Positions 1 through 8,984 of a stretch of DNA of 64,000 nt are shown here, one piece after another. The stretch's first letter is position 1; every line of letters starts with the position of its first letter. Both the position numbers and the translations under genes were made by a program. Under the pieces are notes generated by a model. It did not search any database. It saw only the letters and a program-made list of their open reading frames with translations, and was not told where the DNA came from. The stretch comes from an uncultured Acidobacteriota bacterium (GTDB taxonomy: Bacteria > Acidobacteriota > Thermoanaerobaculia > Thermoanaerobaculales > Sulfomarinibacteraceae), in contig CAVSIS010000053.1 of assembly GCA_963727925.1 (NCBI GenBank), forward strand, positions 32,319-96,318. The letters are read 5' to 3'.

Positions 1-32
1 CGCCGTGACCAGCAGGAGTACAGCTCCGCTGG

Positions 33-1274
33 TCAGCTCGATGAAGAAGCCGGCGCCGGCAGCTCCCAGGTGTAGGGGACGAAGGTCCTGAGGACGCTCG
101 CGCGGTTGTAGATCTCCTCGGCGCCTGGGACCTCGATCGTCGCGGAGCCGTCGGGGCGGAGCTCAAAGTGGATCGCGCCGCCGGTGAAGGGGTCGGGCGC
201 GGAGGCCTCGGGCCAGCGCGCGAGGGTCTCCGGGTAGCGTCCCATAGCGAGGCCCTCGAGCCTCACCGAGATCGCGAGGCGCTCGAGCCGTCGCAGGGAG
301 AGGATGCTCTGGACCCGGACCAGCGCTCCGGCCAGAGTCTCGAGGGTTTCAGGCTTCTGGGCATCCTGGGTTACGGTCTTGTGCGCTTCGAGGTTGCGGA
401 TGAGCTCCGAGTTGGCGGCGATGGGGCCGTCTGAGAGTCGCGCTGCTTCCAACAAAGACTTCATGCCCATATTCTGGTCCGCGGCCGCATCCGTCATCTT
501 GCCAGAGGGGTCGTCGTGGCCGGAGGCGCCGGACATGAGCCGGGTCGCCCGGAGGCCGAGAGAACGCTTCCAGGCCGTGGTCAGATCGACCTCAGGAAGG
601 CTCGCGGCAAGACCGTCCAGAGCCTTCCGCGGTGTCTCCGGACTCTGCACTGCGGTCAGCACCACGTCCGCTGCCATGCGGTCAATGGCAAGGCCGACCA
701 GCAGTGAGATGAGGGGCGCCTCCCGTTCGAGCGATTCCGAGAGGCCGCCGATCTCGGCGACCGAGAGCCGGAACGCTGCCCAGTTGCCGGTTGCAATGGC
801 GAGCCGTGCCCGGACATCGAGGACCCGCGCGAGCCGGAGGAGCTGGAGCATCGGAATGTCCGGCCTGGGGCCGATCGCCTGGGAGCCGGAGAGACCCCAG
901 CTCGAGCCGCGCAGAGCCGCCGCCCGCTCGGCGAGGGAGAGCGCCGGCGCGCTGCGCGCGAAGGCCCGGTCGAGCCCCTCGCGCTGCGCGGGCGTCCAGT
1001 CGCCCACCCGCAGCTTTGAGAGGTCCCCGACCAGCGTCGTCTGGTCCTCGTCAAGATCGAGCGCGCCTGCGGCGGCGCGCCACCAAATCGCGGCGTTGTC
1101 CTCGTCGGCCACGGTGGCGGAGGCGTAGGCGTCGGGAGTCAGCGGTCCGATCTCCTGCTCGACGTTCTGGCGTGTCATTCGGGCCTGCACCCGCAGGGCG
1201 AGCAGCAGGGCAAGCACGAGGGCGGCGGCCACTCCAAGGATGCGGAAACCGGTGCTCAGTCGTGGGCGGTGCAT
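33..1274 (-). CDS. Hypothetical membrane-anchored alpha-helical protein (~413 aa)
   Basis: Internal ATG at 1274 (MHRPRLSTGFRILGVAAALVLALLL) has a strong SD (GAGGAG) and an N-terminal TM segment. The ORF track fuses it to the upstream small gene. Confidence 0.65.
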   Translation of the reverse strand: MHRPRLSTGFRILGVAAALVLALLLALRVQARMTRQNVEQEIGPLTPDAYASATVADEDNAAIWWRAAAGALDLDEDQTTLVGDLSKLRVGDWTPAQREGLDRAFARSAPALSLAERAAALRGSSWGLSGSQAIGPRPDIPMLQLLRLARVLDVRARLAIATGNWAAFRLSVAEIGGLSESLEREAPLISLLVGLAIDRMAADVVLTAVQSPETPRKALDGLAASLPEVDLTTAWKRSLGLRATRLMSGASGHDDPSGKMTDAAADQNMGMKSLLEAARLSDGPIAANSELIRNLEAHKTVTQDAQKPETLETLAGALVRVQSILSLRRLERLAISVRLEGLAMGRYPETLARWPEASAPDPFTGGAIHFELRPDGSATIEVPGAEEIYNRASVLRTFVPYTWELPAPASSSS

Positions 1275-1297
1275 GTCTGACTCCTCTCGGTGCGCTC

Positions 1298-1664
1298 TCA
1301 CGAGGTCGTGCGCAGGACCGTTGCGACGGTCAGGATCTGCCCAGCGGACGCTCCTCGGGTCCGTCTCGAGCCTGGCACCGAGCTGCTCGAGGTCGAGGGC
1401 CGACTGCAGGTCGGTCGGCGGCGCCTGCTGGCTCCTTTCGGCAACCAGCGTCGGTTGACTGGTCTGGGGATGGTGCAGCGAGAGCACGGCGTGGCCCAGG
1501 AGCAGCAGGGCCAGGGTCGCTGCGAGTCCGAGGTCGAAGCGGGACAGGCCGCGCCGATCTCGTCGGCGTTCCGGCGGTGCAGAGGCCGCCGCCCGCAGCA
1601 CCTTCTCGCGCAGGTCCGCCGGGGGTCGCCCGGGCGTCACCTTCGACAGTGGCTTCTCGATCAT
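1298..1664 (-). CDS. Putative anti-sigma factor (single TM); 3' end uncertain, probable frameshift
   Basis: ATG overlaps the ECF sigma stop. Pattern PPADLREKVLRAA plus one TM helix. A TGA at 1298-1300 in another frame would end it just before the next gene's SD. Confidence 0.45.
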
Positions 1665-2191
1665 GGCGTCACCCCCAGCAGCTTGCGGAGCTTGCGCAGG
1701 CCGAGCCGGACGCGGCTCGCCGCCGTGAATGTTGGGACGCCGGTCACCGAGCCAATGGCGGCGAACGACAGCCCCTCGTAGTGCCGCAGATACACCGCCG
1801 CTCGCTGTGCCGGAGGAAGCTTCCCGAGCGCTGACGCGACGACGGCCGCCTCGGCCCGGCTCTCGGCATCGGCTGCGACCGGCTCGGCGACCGCGTCGTC
1901 GATCGCGACCAGCCGGCGGCTCCGGCGGGCGAGGTCGACCGCCGCGCGGTGCGTCATCGCCAGCAGGTACGAGCGCGGGTTGCGGACCTCGGCAAGCTTC
2001 GCACCGGTCCGCGCGAGTCGCACGAAGACCTCCTGGACGACATCCGCTGCGTCCTGCCGGGAGCCGGTTCGGAACAGCGCAAAGCCGAACAGGTCCGCAG
2101 CACTGTGGTCGTAGATTCCGCCGAGCGCCTCGATACTACCGTCGGCGAGCGAAGCGAAGTGCAAGAAGAGGGGGTCGTCATCGCCAGTCAC
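1661..2191 (-). CDS. ECF-family RNA polymerase sigma factor
   Basis: Region 2 DAADVVQEVFVRL and region 4 LGKLPPAQRAAVYLRHYEGLSFAAIG...SRVRLGLRKLR. GTG at 2191 with GGAGAAGG SD chosen as start. Confidence 0.88.
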   Translation of the reverse strand: MTGDDDPLFLHFASLADGSIEALGGIYDHSAADLFGFALFRTGSRQDAADVVQEVFVRLARTGAKLAEVRNPRSYLLAMTHRAAVDLARRSRRLVAIDDAVAEPVAADAESRAEAAVVASALGKLPPAQRAAVYLRHYEGLSFAAIGSVTGVPTFTAASRVRLGLRKLRKLLGVTP

Positions 2192-2433
2192 GGCATCAGC
2201 CTTCTCCGGAGGTGCGGCAAGTTCGTGAGGTACGGCGGCGGTCAGTATCGAGTCGCTCACGCCCCAATGACGAGGTTCGGGCCCCATCTTGTCACTTCAC
2301 GGGCGAAGGAAACGGGAGACCTCGTACGGCTGCGAGGCACACTCTGGACAGAGGCATCCCGGCCTGCCTCGATTCTCAGAACACCATCAAGGGCCCCTGC
2401 TCAGCGGGCGCTCAGCCTGGTGAGAATCGCGGG

Positions 2434-3402
2434 CTACCCGATAGCGTGCCGCAGGTGGCCCACGATTTCCTGCAGGGCTTCGGGTCCGACGACGTCGTGG
2501 GGCAGGAGCGGGAGCTCGAGCTGGGGCAAGTCGGGGAACGTGGCCACGATCTCCTGCATGTAGCGCTTCTCCTGCTCCTTGCGCGCGGCCAGGAACGGGT
2601 GGCCGCTGGAGTCGTCGGGGAGAATCCGGTTGACGACCAGCCCGCCTACCGGGACCTTGAATCGGCGCAGCATGGTGACCGCCTTCGCGGTCTCGAGGAT
2701 CGGTAGCCGCTCGGCGAGAAGCACGAAGATGAACGCGGTCTCTCCGGGATTCAAGAGGAGGATCCGCATCTGGTAGAACTTCCGGCGCCGCGCGGTGAGG
2801 ATCTTCTCGACCGGGTCGGACGACTCCTCCTCCGGCGCCCCGCCCACCGTCATCTGGCGCCACATCCCGGACAACTCGTTGACCCGCTTGCGTCGCTCGA
2901 GCAGGCCGTCGATCCACGCCTGCAGCAGCTCGGGTAGGGTGAGTAGGCGCAGGGTGTGACCCGTGGGTGCGGTGTCGAAGACCACCAGGTCGTACTGGTC
3001 GTGGACCGTCAGCACCAGGTCCGCCACGCGGTCGAAAAGCGCCGCCTCCTCGGCGCCGGGCGACACCCGGGCGATCTCCACCTGGCGCTCCATCTCGGCG
3101 CGCAGGTGCTCGGGAGCGACCCGCAGGAGATGGATGCGCACCCGGTCGATGTACTCTGCGGCGGCCTTCTCGGAGTCGATCTCCAGGGCCCAGAGGTGCT
3201 CGGTAATCCTCCGCTCGGTCGGGCCGAGCTCGGTCTCGAGGATGTCCCCGGTGGAGTGCGCGGGATCGGTGGACACGAGCAGGGTGCGCCGTCCCCCTTG
3301 GGAGGCGAGCAGGGCGAACGCGGTCGCGCAGGTGGTCTTGCCGACTCCGCCCTTGCCGCCGAAGAAAAGGATCCGGCGGTCGAGCCAGTGAGGTTCGTTC
3401 AT
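2434..3402 (-). CDS. ArsA/GET3-family ATPase (single domain)
   Basis: GGKGGVGKTT deviant Walker A, STDPAHS and DTAPTGHTLRLL signatures. Start MNEPHW at 3402. Confidence 0.92.
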   Translation of the reverse strand: MNEPHWLDRRILFFGGKGGVGKTTCATAFALLASQGGRRTLLVSTDPAHSTGDILETELGPTERRITEHLWALEIDSEKAAAEYIDRVRIHLLRVAPEHLRAEMERQVEIARVSPGAEEAALFDRVADLVLTVHDQYDLVVFDTAPTGHTLRLLTLPELLQAWIDGLLERRKRVNELSGMWRQMTVGGAPEEESSDPVEKILTARRRKFYQMRILLLNPGETAFIFVLLAERLPILETAKAVTMLRRFKVPVGGLVVNRILPDDSSGHPFLAARKEQEKRYMQEIVATFPDLPQLELPLLPHDVVGPEALQEIVGHLRHAIG

Positions 3403-3424
3403 CGGGTCCTCGAGGAAAAGGCGC

Positions 3425-3443
3425 GGGGCCCCGCCGGGGCCCC
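3425..3443 (-). promoter_or_regulatory. Candidate bacterial SECIS hairpin
   Basis: GGGGCCCC-GGC-GGGGCCCC begins 11 nt 3' of the in-frame UGA at 3455-3457. Confidence 0.6.
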
Positions 3444-3448
3444 GGTCG

Positions 3449-3727
3449 TCAGCATCATCTGAAGCCCCCGGGGGGCGACTTCTCCATTCCCTGACGCAGG
3501 TGCCACGCATGGAAGCGCTCGAGCATCGCGGGCAGCAGCTCCAGGGTGTAGTAGTTCACCGGGTTGGGAATACCCATCATGTCCGAGAAGCAGAGCAGGA
3601 GGAAGAGATCCTCCTCGTCGCGGTGGCGGCGCGCCGCCACCGACCGGTACGGCGAGAAGAAAAGCTCGTCGTAGAACTCGTTGAACCGTCGCCAACGCTC
3701 TCGCAGCCGTTGCCAGAAGGAGCTCAC
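3449..3727 (-). CDS. cory-CC-star-like small protein, predicted selenoprotein ending U-C-stop (92 aa)
   Basis: GTG overlaps the cstA stop. Motif EEDLFLLLCFSDMMGIPNPVNYYTLELLP...FHAWHLRQGMEKSP. 3' codons TTC AGA TGA TGC TGA. Confidence 0.8.
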
Positions 3728-5424
3728 TTCTCTGCCGTCTCTGGAAGCGAAACGGGGGGCCGGCGCAGTGCCAGGTACGCCTCGAGCGCCATCCACACTG
3801 CGGAGAACAGCACGATCACGCCCATGACGCCCATCAGGTAGTTGGGCTTGTCCCCGAACAGCCATCTGCCCAGACTGGTGAGCATGGCCCAGGTGGTCAT
3901 GACGAGCAGGAAGGCCATCGGGAGCATGACCGGTAGGATGTTGCGCCCGAGCCGCCTGAGGTAGACCGCGATCACGATCAGCGAGAGCGCCGCCAGGAGC
4001 TGGTTGGTGGTGCCGAAGAGCGGCCAGATGACAAGGCCGCCGGTGCCAACCCCGCCGCCGGGAGCGTGGGCGCCGAAGGCGAGCGCCAGGCAGGCCGCGA
4101 CGGCGATGGTGGTGGACACGGTGGGCTCACTGAGGAACTTGATGTCGTACTGCTCGCCCAGCTCGGCGACGATGTAGCGCTGGAGGCGGACGCCGGTGTC
4201 CATGGTGGTCGCGGCGAAGCTGACCACGATGACCGCTGCGAAGACCTGTCCCACCGGCACCGGCACGCCGAGATTCTCCGCCATCTGGGCGACGCCGTTG
4301 ACGAAGTTGCCCGCGGCCCCGCCGGAGGCGGCGCCCCAGCTGCTAAAGAGGGCAGACCAGTCGGCACGGGTGGCGGCGATACCCGCCGTCACCACCAGGA
4401 TCGAGCCCAACGCGAGCGCGCCCTCACCCACCGCCCCCATGTAGCCGACGAACTTCGCGTCGGTCTCCTTGTCGAGCTGTTTGGACGAGGTGCCGGAGGA
4501 GACCAGCCCGTGGAAGCCCGAGATGGCGCCGCAGGCGATGGTGATGAACAGGATCGGGAGGATCGGGGGGGCCCCGGCGGGAGAGGGGTTGTAGGCTGGC
4601 GCCATGATGGTGGGGTTGCCGACCGCCATGCCGATATAGAGGACGCCGAGGCCGACGATGAGCTCGTGGGAGTTGATGTAGTCCCGCGGCTGCAGGAGCA
4701 ACCACACCGGAAGGCGGGAGGCCGCCCAGGCGTAGAGGAACAGCACCACCACCCAGAATCCGGCGGGGCCGAGCCCGAGGAAGTGCTCGGGAATGACTAC
4801 CGGCATCTTGGCGCCGTACCAGACCATGACGTAGAGTGCGATGAGAGCGCCGATGGAGGGCCACAGCAGCTTGCCGCCCTTGCGGTAGATGATCCAGCCG
4901 ACCAGGATCGCGACCGGGATTTCGAACCAGATCGGCACGACGCTGCCGGGGAACTTCACGAACAGCCGCGCGATCACGATCGCGAACACCGCGTTCACCA
5001 TCAGCAGCAGCAGGAAGATCACGATCATGAACAGGGTGCGGGAGCGCCTGGACAGCACCTGCTCGGTGAGCGAGCCCATCGAGCGCGCCTTGAAGCGGGA
5101 CGAGATCCAGAGGGTGCCGAAGTCGTGGGCGCCGGCGAAGAAGATCGTGCCGAAGATAACCCAGAGGAGAGCCGGGAGCCAGCCCCAGTACACGGCGATG
5201 GCCGGCCCGACGATCGGCGCCGCACCGGCGACCGAGGTGAAGTGGTGACCCCACAGCACGTGCTTGTTGGTCGGCACGAAGTCGACCCCGTCCTGAAACT
5301 CATGGGCCGGGGTCACGAAGTTGGGGTCGAGCTTGTAGATCTTTTCAGCCAGGAACTTCGCGTAGAACCGGTACGCAATGAGGAAGGCACCAAGACCTAA
5401 GATCGCCAGATAGATCGCCTTCAT
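3724..5424 (-). CDS. cstA: Carbon starvation protein A family transporter
   Basis: TPAHEFQDGVDFVPT, GHHFTSVAGAAPIVGP, ITIACGAISGFH and WPLFGTTNQLLA motifs, many TM helices. ATG at 5424 with GGAGGAG SD. Confidence 0.95.
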   Translation of the reverse strand: MKAIYLAILGLGAFLIAYRFYAKFLAEKIYKLDPNFVTPAHEFQDGVDFVPTNKHVLWGHHFTSVAGAAPIVGPAIAVYWGWLPALLWVIFGTIFFAGAHDFGTLWISSRFKARSMGSLTEQVLSRRSRTLFMIVIFLLLLMVNAVFAIVIARLFVKFPGSVVPIWFEIPVAILVGWIIYRKGGKLLWPSIGALIALYVMVWYGAKMPVVIPEHFLGLGPAGFWVVVLFLYAWAASRLPVWLLLQPRDYINSHELIVGLGVLYIGMAVGNPTIMAPAYNPSPAGAPPILPILFITIACGAISGFHGLVSSGTSSKQLDKETDAKFVGYMGAVGEGALALGSILVVTAGIAATRADWSALFSSWGAASGGAAGNFVNGVAQMAENLGVPVPVGQVFAAVIVVSFAATTMDTGVRLQRYIVAELGEQYDIKFLSEPTVSTTIAVAACLALAFGAHAPGGGVGTGGLVIWPLFGTTNQLLAALSLIVIAVYLRRLGRNILPVMLPMAFLLVMTTWAMLTSLGRWLFGDKPNYLMGVMGVIVLFSAVWMALEAYLALRRPPVSLPETAEK

Positions 5425-5698
5425 CGCTCCTCCCCTCCATGCTTTAGCAAGCGACCGCCGCCGGATGTCAAACCGGATCGATCTCTCGCTGGTTGCGTGG
5501 GTTCGCCCTGAGTTGATTTTCCTTGCCGGAAGCCCTGATGTCAACTGGATGCGCCGATGGCTACGGGCGGGCCCGTGGGGCGCGTCGACGCTGGGTGTGC
5601 GCCGTCATCGCCGGGCACGGCGGACTGCCCCACGAGGGAGGATCTGCCGGGGGATGCGAGGTGGGAGAGGACGGTTGGAACGTCTCGGGGCGGGCAGG

Positions 5699-6193
5699 CT
5701 AGAGGCGCCGGACCACCTCGAGGGCGAGCAGCCGCAGGGACTGAACGGGCACGGTGCGGAACCCTGGACCGCCGGCCGCAACCTGGATGACATAGCGGCC
5801 CTGCACCATGGCGTAGGCGGTGTCCTCCTGGGTGGTTGCCCAGAACGCCAACCCTCCTCCGTCCGTCGTGTCGAGCGACACCTTGGAGTCGGGGTCGGCC
5901 CTGGCCTCGGTCAGGCCGGCCTGCCATGGCGCGAGGGCCTCCGCGGCGGCCGAAAACTCGATGCAGTTCAGCATGACAGTGGCGGACCTCAGCTGATAGA
6001 CGCACATCGACCGCATCCCGCCGCTGCCCTTGTCGACCTCGGGCCCGTGCGGGCGCGCCGCCATGACAGCGGCGCCGAGGAGCCTGGCGACGTCGGTCTG
6101 GGGAACCAGGGCGCAGGGATCGGCGGCTCCGGCGACCGGTACGACGAGCACTACCAGGAGCGAGACGAGCGCGGACGAGAGGAGCTTTGACAC
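5699..6193 (-). CDS. Hypothetical secreted protein (~164 aa, DPC...C pattern)
   Basis: GTG at 6193 with AAGGAGG SD, signal peptide, ADPCALV motif. Confidence 0.65.
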   Translation of the reverse strand: MSKLLSSALVSLLVVLVVPVAGAADPCALVPQTDVARLLGAAVMAARPHGPEVDKGSGGMRSMCVYQLRSATVMLNCIEFSAAAEALAPWQAGLTEARADPDSKVSLDTTDGGGLAFWATTQEDTAYAMVQGRYVIQVAAGGPGFRTVPVQSLRLLALEVVRRL

Positions 6194-6353
6194 TTGGCCT
6201 CCTTGACGGGACCGTGACGGGCTTCCAGAGACACTGAGTATGAGAGGGATATTCCGCACAACTTGGCCCGCTGTCGGGCGACCGCGCCGGCCGCGCCTTG
6301 ACAGCCCGTCTCGGCGAGCCGTAGGCTCCCGGCCGTCTCCACGGAGGATCTCG

Positions 6354-7394
6354 ATGAGCCAGTACAGTCACCCCTCGGAGCCCGTGCGTCACTCGTACCC
6401 GGTGGCGGTCGAGAAGGCCGGCTTCGCCACTGCCATCGGGCTCTTCCTGAAGACCTTGCCCTACGCCGTGGTCCGATTCGGGATCCTGCTCGGGGTGAGC
6501 CTGGCCACGATCGTGTGGATGGTGGCGACCTTCGGTGGCGCCGCCTTCCTCGGCGCCGCGGTTCACCCGTGGGTCGGTCTGGGTTGGATGTTCGTGTGCC
6601 TCGGCGCTGCCGGCGCGGTCTGGCGTCTGGTCGTCCGTTACGCCCTCTACCTGGTCAAGGCCGGCCACATTGCGGTGATCACCGAGCTGGTCACACACGG
6701 TGAGGTGGGCAACGGCGGCGAGGGCATGTTCGGCTACGGCAAGCGGATCGTCATCGAGCGCTTCGGCGAGGTCAACGTGCTGTTCGGGCTCGACCTGCTG
6801 ATCCGCGGCGTGGTGCGCGCCTTCAACCGCAGCCTGGAGTGGATCTCCTCGCTGCTGCCGATCCCAGGGCTCGACTTCCTGGTCGGTATCGTGCGGGCCG
6901 TCATTCAGGCAGCGACGACGTACATCGACGAGACGATCTTCTCCTACAACCTCGCCCGGGGCGACGCGAGCCCGTGGCGCTCCGGCAAGGACGGGTTGAT
7001 CTACTACTGCCAGAACTCCAAGGAGATCCTCAAGACCGCAGCGTGGGTGGTTGTGCTCGACAAGGCGCTCACCCTGCTCGCGTGGGTGGTGATGCTCGCT
7101 CCGGCGTTCGCGATCGCGGCGGTTCTGCCGGAGAACACAAGGGTTTTCGGGGGCGGAGCGGCTCTGCTCATCGCGGTGTTGTTCGCCGCCAACATCCGAT
7201 CGGCGTTCCTGAAGCCGATCTTCCTGATCATGATCATGACCAAGTTCCACGTCCTGGTTCGCGGCCAGTCCATCGACGCGACCTGGGACACCCGCCTCAG
7301 CCAGCTCAGCGGCAAGTTCCGGGAGCTCAAGTCGAAGGTGCCGACTCCGGTGGTGGCCCCGACCGAGGCGTTGCCGCCGGTCCCGTCCTCCTGA
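6354..7394 (+). CDS. Hypothetical multi-pass membrane protein
   Basis: ATG at 6354 after GGAGG, several TM helices, strong GC3 codon bias. Confidence 0.8.
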   Translation: MSQYSHPSEPVRHSYPVAVEKAGFATAIGLFLKTLPYAVVRFGILLGVSLATIVWMVATFGGAAFLGAAVHPWVGLGWMFVCLGAAGAVWRLVVRYALYLVKAGHIAVITELVTHGEVGNGGEGMFGYGKRIVIERFGEVNVLFGLDLLIRGVVRAFNRSLEWISSLLPIPGLDFLVGIVRAVIQAATTYIDETIFSYNLARGDASPWRSGKDGLIYYCQNSKEILKTAAWVVVLDKALTLLAWVVMLAPAFAIAAVLPENTRVFGGGAALLIAVLFAANIRSAFLKPIFLIMIMTKFHVLVRGQSIDATWDTRLSQLSGKFRELKSKVPTPVVAPTEALPPVPSS

Positions 7395-7452
7395 CACCAC
7401 GGTGGCAGGAGCGTCGGTGTTTCCTGCCGACCCCTGACAGAACGCTGTCAGG
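7390..7452. promoter_or_regulatory. Tandem CCTGACA-N6-TGTCAGG inverted repeats, probable WYL-regulator operator
   Basis: Perfect site at 7433-7452 and one-mismatch site at 7390-7409, upstream of the VOC gene and near the WYL gene. Confidence 0.6.
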
Positions 7453-7518
7453 AGAGCGCTGCTGGAATCTCCATGCGGCCGGTGCCCAGAGCGCCCGCGC
7501 CGCAGAAGGGAGATCGAC

Positions 7519-7881
7519 ATGCACGAGTTCTGCTGGGTGGAGATGGTGACCGATGATCGCAAGGCGGCGCAGTCCTTTTACGGCGACCTCTTCGGCTGGT
7601 CGTACGAGGAGGTCCCGATGCGGGACGGGCAGCACTACGCCATGTTCCGACCCGAGGCGGGTGGGCCGGGCGGCGGGATTATGAACAAGCCCGACTCGAA
7701 GCTGCCGACGACGTGGATGCCCTATGTGGCGGTCACTGACCTCGAGGCTGCGGTTGCCAGGGTTGCTACGCTCGGCGGGTCGGTCCAGGTCGTTCCGACC
7801 GCGATTCCGGGAATGGGGTCGTTTGCGGTGATCCAGGACCCGACCGGGGGTGTTCTCGGCCTGTGGCGAAACGGTGCCTGA
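7519..7881 (+). CDS. VOC/glyoxalase family protein
   Basis: FCWVEM..D..AAQSFYGDLFGW, WMPYVAV.DL, DPTG motifs. Confidence 0.9.
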   Translation: MHEFCWVEMVTDDRKAAQSFYGDLFGWSYEEVPMRDGQHYAMFRPEAGGPGGGIMNKPDSKLPTTWMPYVAVTDLEAAVARVATLGGSVQVVPTAIPGMGSFAVIQDPTGGVLGLWRNGA

Positions 7882-7992
7882 TCGCCTCCATCCGTGGTGG
7901 AACAGCGGCCGGCCGGGACGGGAGATCCTCCCGGCCGTGCCGTTCTTCCGGACCGAAGGACGGTCGGCGCAGACCACGCTATAAAATGCCGC

Positions 7993-8688
7993 ATGCGCCG
8001 CGCCGATCGCCTGTTCCGCCTGGTGGAGCTGCTGCGCCTGCGGCGCATGCTGACCGCCCGCCAGCTTGCCGAAGAGCTTGAGGTCTCCGAACGGACGGTC
8101 TACCGCGACGTCGCAGACCTGGCGCGTCAGGGCGTGCCGATACGGGGCGAAGCGGGCGTCGGCTACGCCCTCGACCCGGGCTACGAGCTGCCCCCCATGC
8201 AGTTCAACGTCGATGAGCTCGAGGCGCTGGTGCTCGGCGCGCGGATGGTCCAGGCCTGGTGCGGAGACGACCTCGCCGGGGCGGCGCAGGACGCCGTCGC
8301 TCGAATCGAGCACGCGCTGCCGAAACGGTTGCGGGACCGCATGGCGCGCACCGCGCTCTACGTTCCCGACGTCGGGTGGACGCTTCCCGGCGCCCGCCAG
8401 ATGGTGACGCTTCGAGAGGCGATTCGTGAGCAGCGCAAGGTCAAGATGCGCTACGTCGACCTTCAGGAGCAATTCAGCGAGCGGGTGGTGCGTCCCCTCG
8501 CGCTCTTCTTCTGGGGACCGAAGGCGACTCTGGGCGCGTTCTGCGAGCTGCGCGAGGACTTTCGCAGCTTCAGGCCCGACCGGATCCAGTCGCTCGAGCT
8601 TCTGCCGGAGATCTTCGCAGCGGAACCAGGTCGCACGCTCCAGGATTACCTGCGCAGGGTGTCCGAGGACGGCAGCCCGTTCGGCTGA
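7993..8688 (+). CDS. YafY-like HTH-WYL transcriptional regulator
   Basis: MRRADRLF, TARQLAEELEVSERTVYRD HTH, CELREDFRSFRPDRI WYL motif. TAAAAT at 7982-7987 lies 5 nt before the ATG (leaderless-like). Confidence 0.92.
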   Translation: MRRADRLFRLVELLRLRRMLTARQLAEELEVSERTVYRDVADLARQGVPIRGEAGVGYALDPGYELPPMQFNVDELEALVLGARMVQAWCGDDLAGAAQDAVARIEHALPKRLRDRMARTALYVPDVGWTLPGARQMVTLREAIREQRKVKMRYVDLQEQFSERVVRPLALFFWGPKATLGAFCELREDFRSFRPDRIQSLELLPEIFAAEPGRTLQDYLRRVSEDGSPFG

Positions 8689-8846
8689 CCATACGCGGTC
8701 CGGCCGAGAAAGCCGAGCAGTCGGCGCCACAACTGCCTGCAGCCCTGGCTTGAGCCGCCGGGATAGGCGTCCTCCGACGGGGGATGGGTGACCTCGAGCG
8801 AGGTCAGGTGCGGCGTGGGCGCGTCGAAGCGAAACGCGGCGGAATA

Positions 8847-8862
8847 TGGCACAGTCCTCGCA
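8847..8862 (+). promoter_or_regulatory. Possible sigma54 (-24/-12) promoter
   Basis: TGGCAC-AGTCC-TCGCA with correct GG-N10-GC spacing. Confidence 0.4.
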
Positions 8863-8984
8863 GTGTCTTGCTGACGACGGATCCGAGGCGCCCCGGAGCG
8901 AGACAACCCGAGGCCTCCGCGATACGTCGGACAATGGAGTGAGGGCCTGCCGGGGGTCCGGCGGGTGAGTGGAGGGACGACACC

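Noticed and set aside
2434-3402. ArsA as an arsenic-resistance determinant
   Set aside because: Single-domain ATPase in a cstA context with no arsB/acr3/arsC/arsR/arsD in the window.
5541-7562. 673-aa minus-strand ORF and many similar long ORFs (e.g. 14677-16251, 30921-32828, 53286-55505)
   Set aside because: Antisense or off-frame shadows of real genes in high-GC DNA, Arg/Pro/Gly-rich with no motifs.
7993-8688. WYL protein as part of an anti-phage defence island
   Set aside because: Short YafY-type regulator beside a VOC gene, with no defence effectors nearby.
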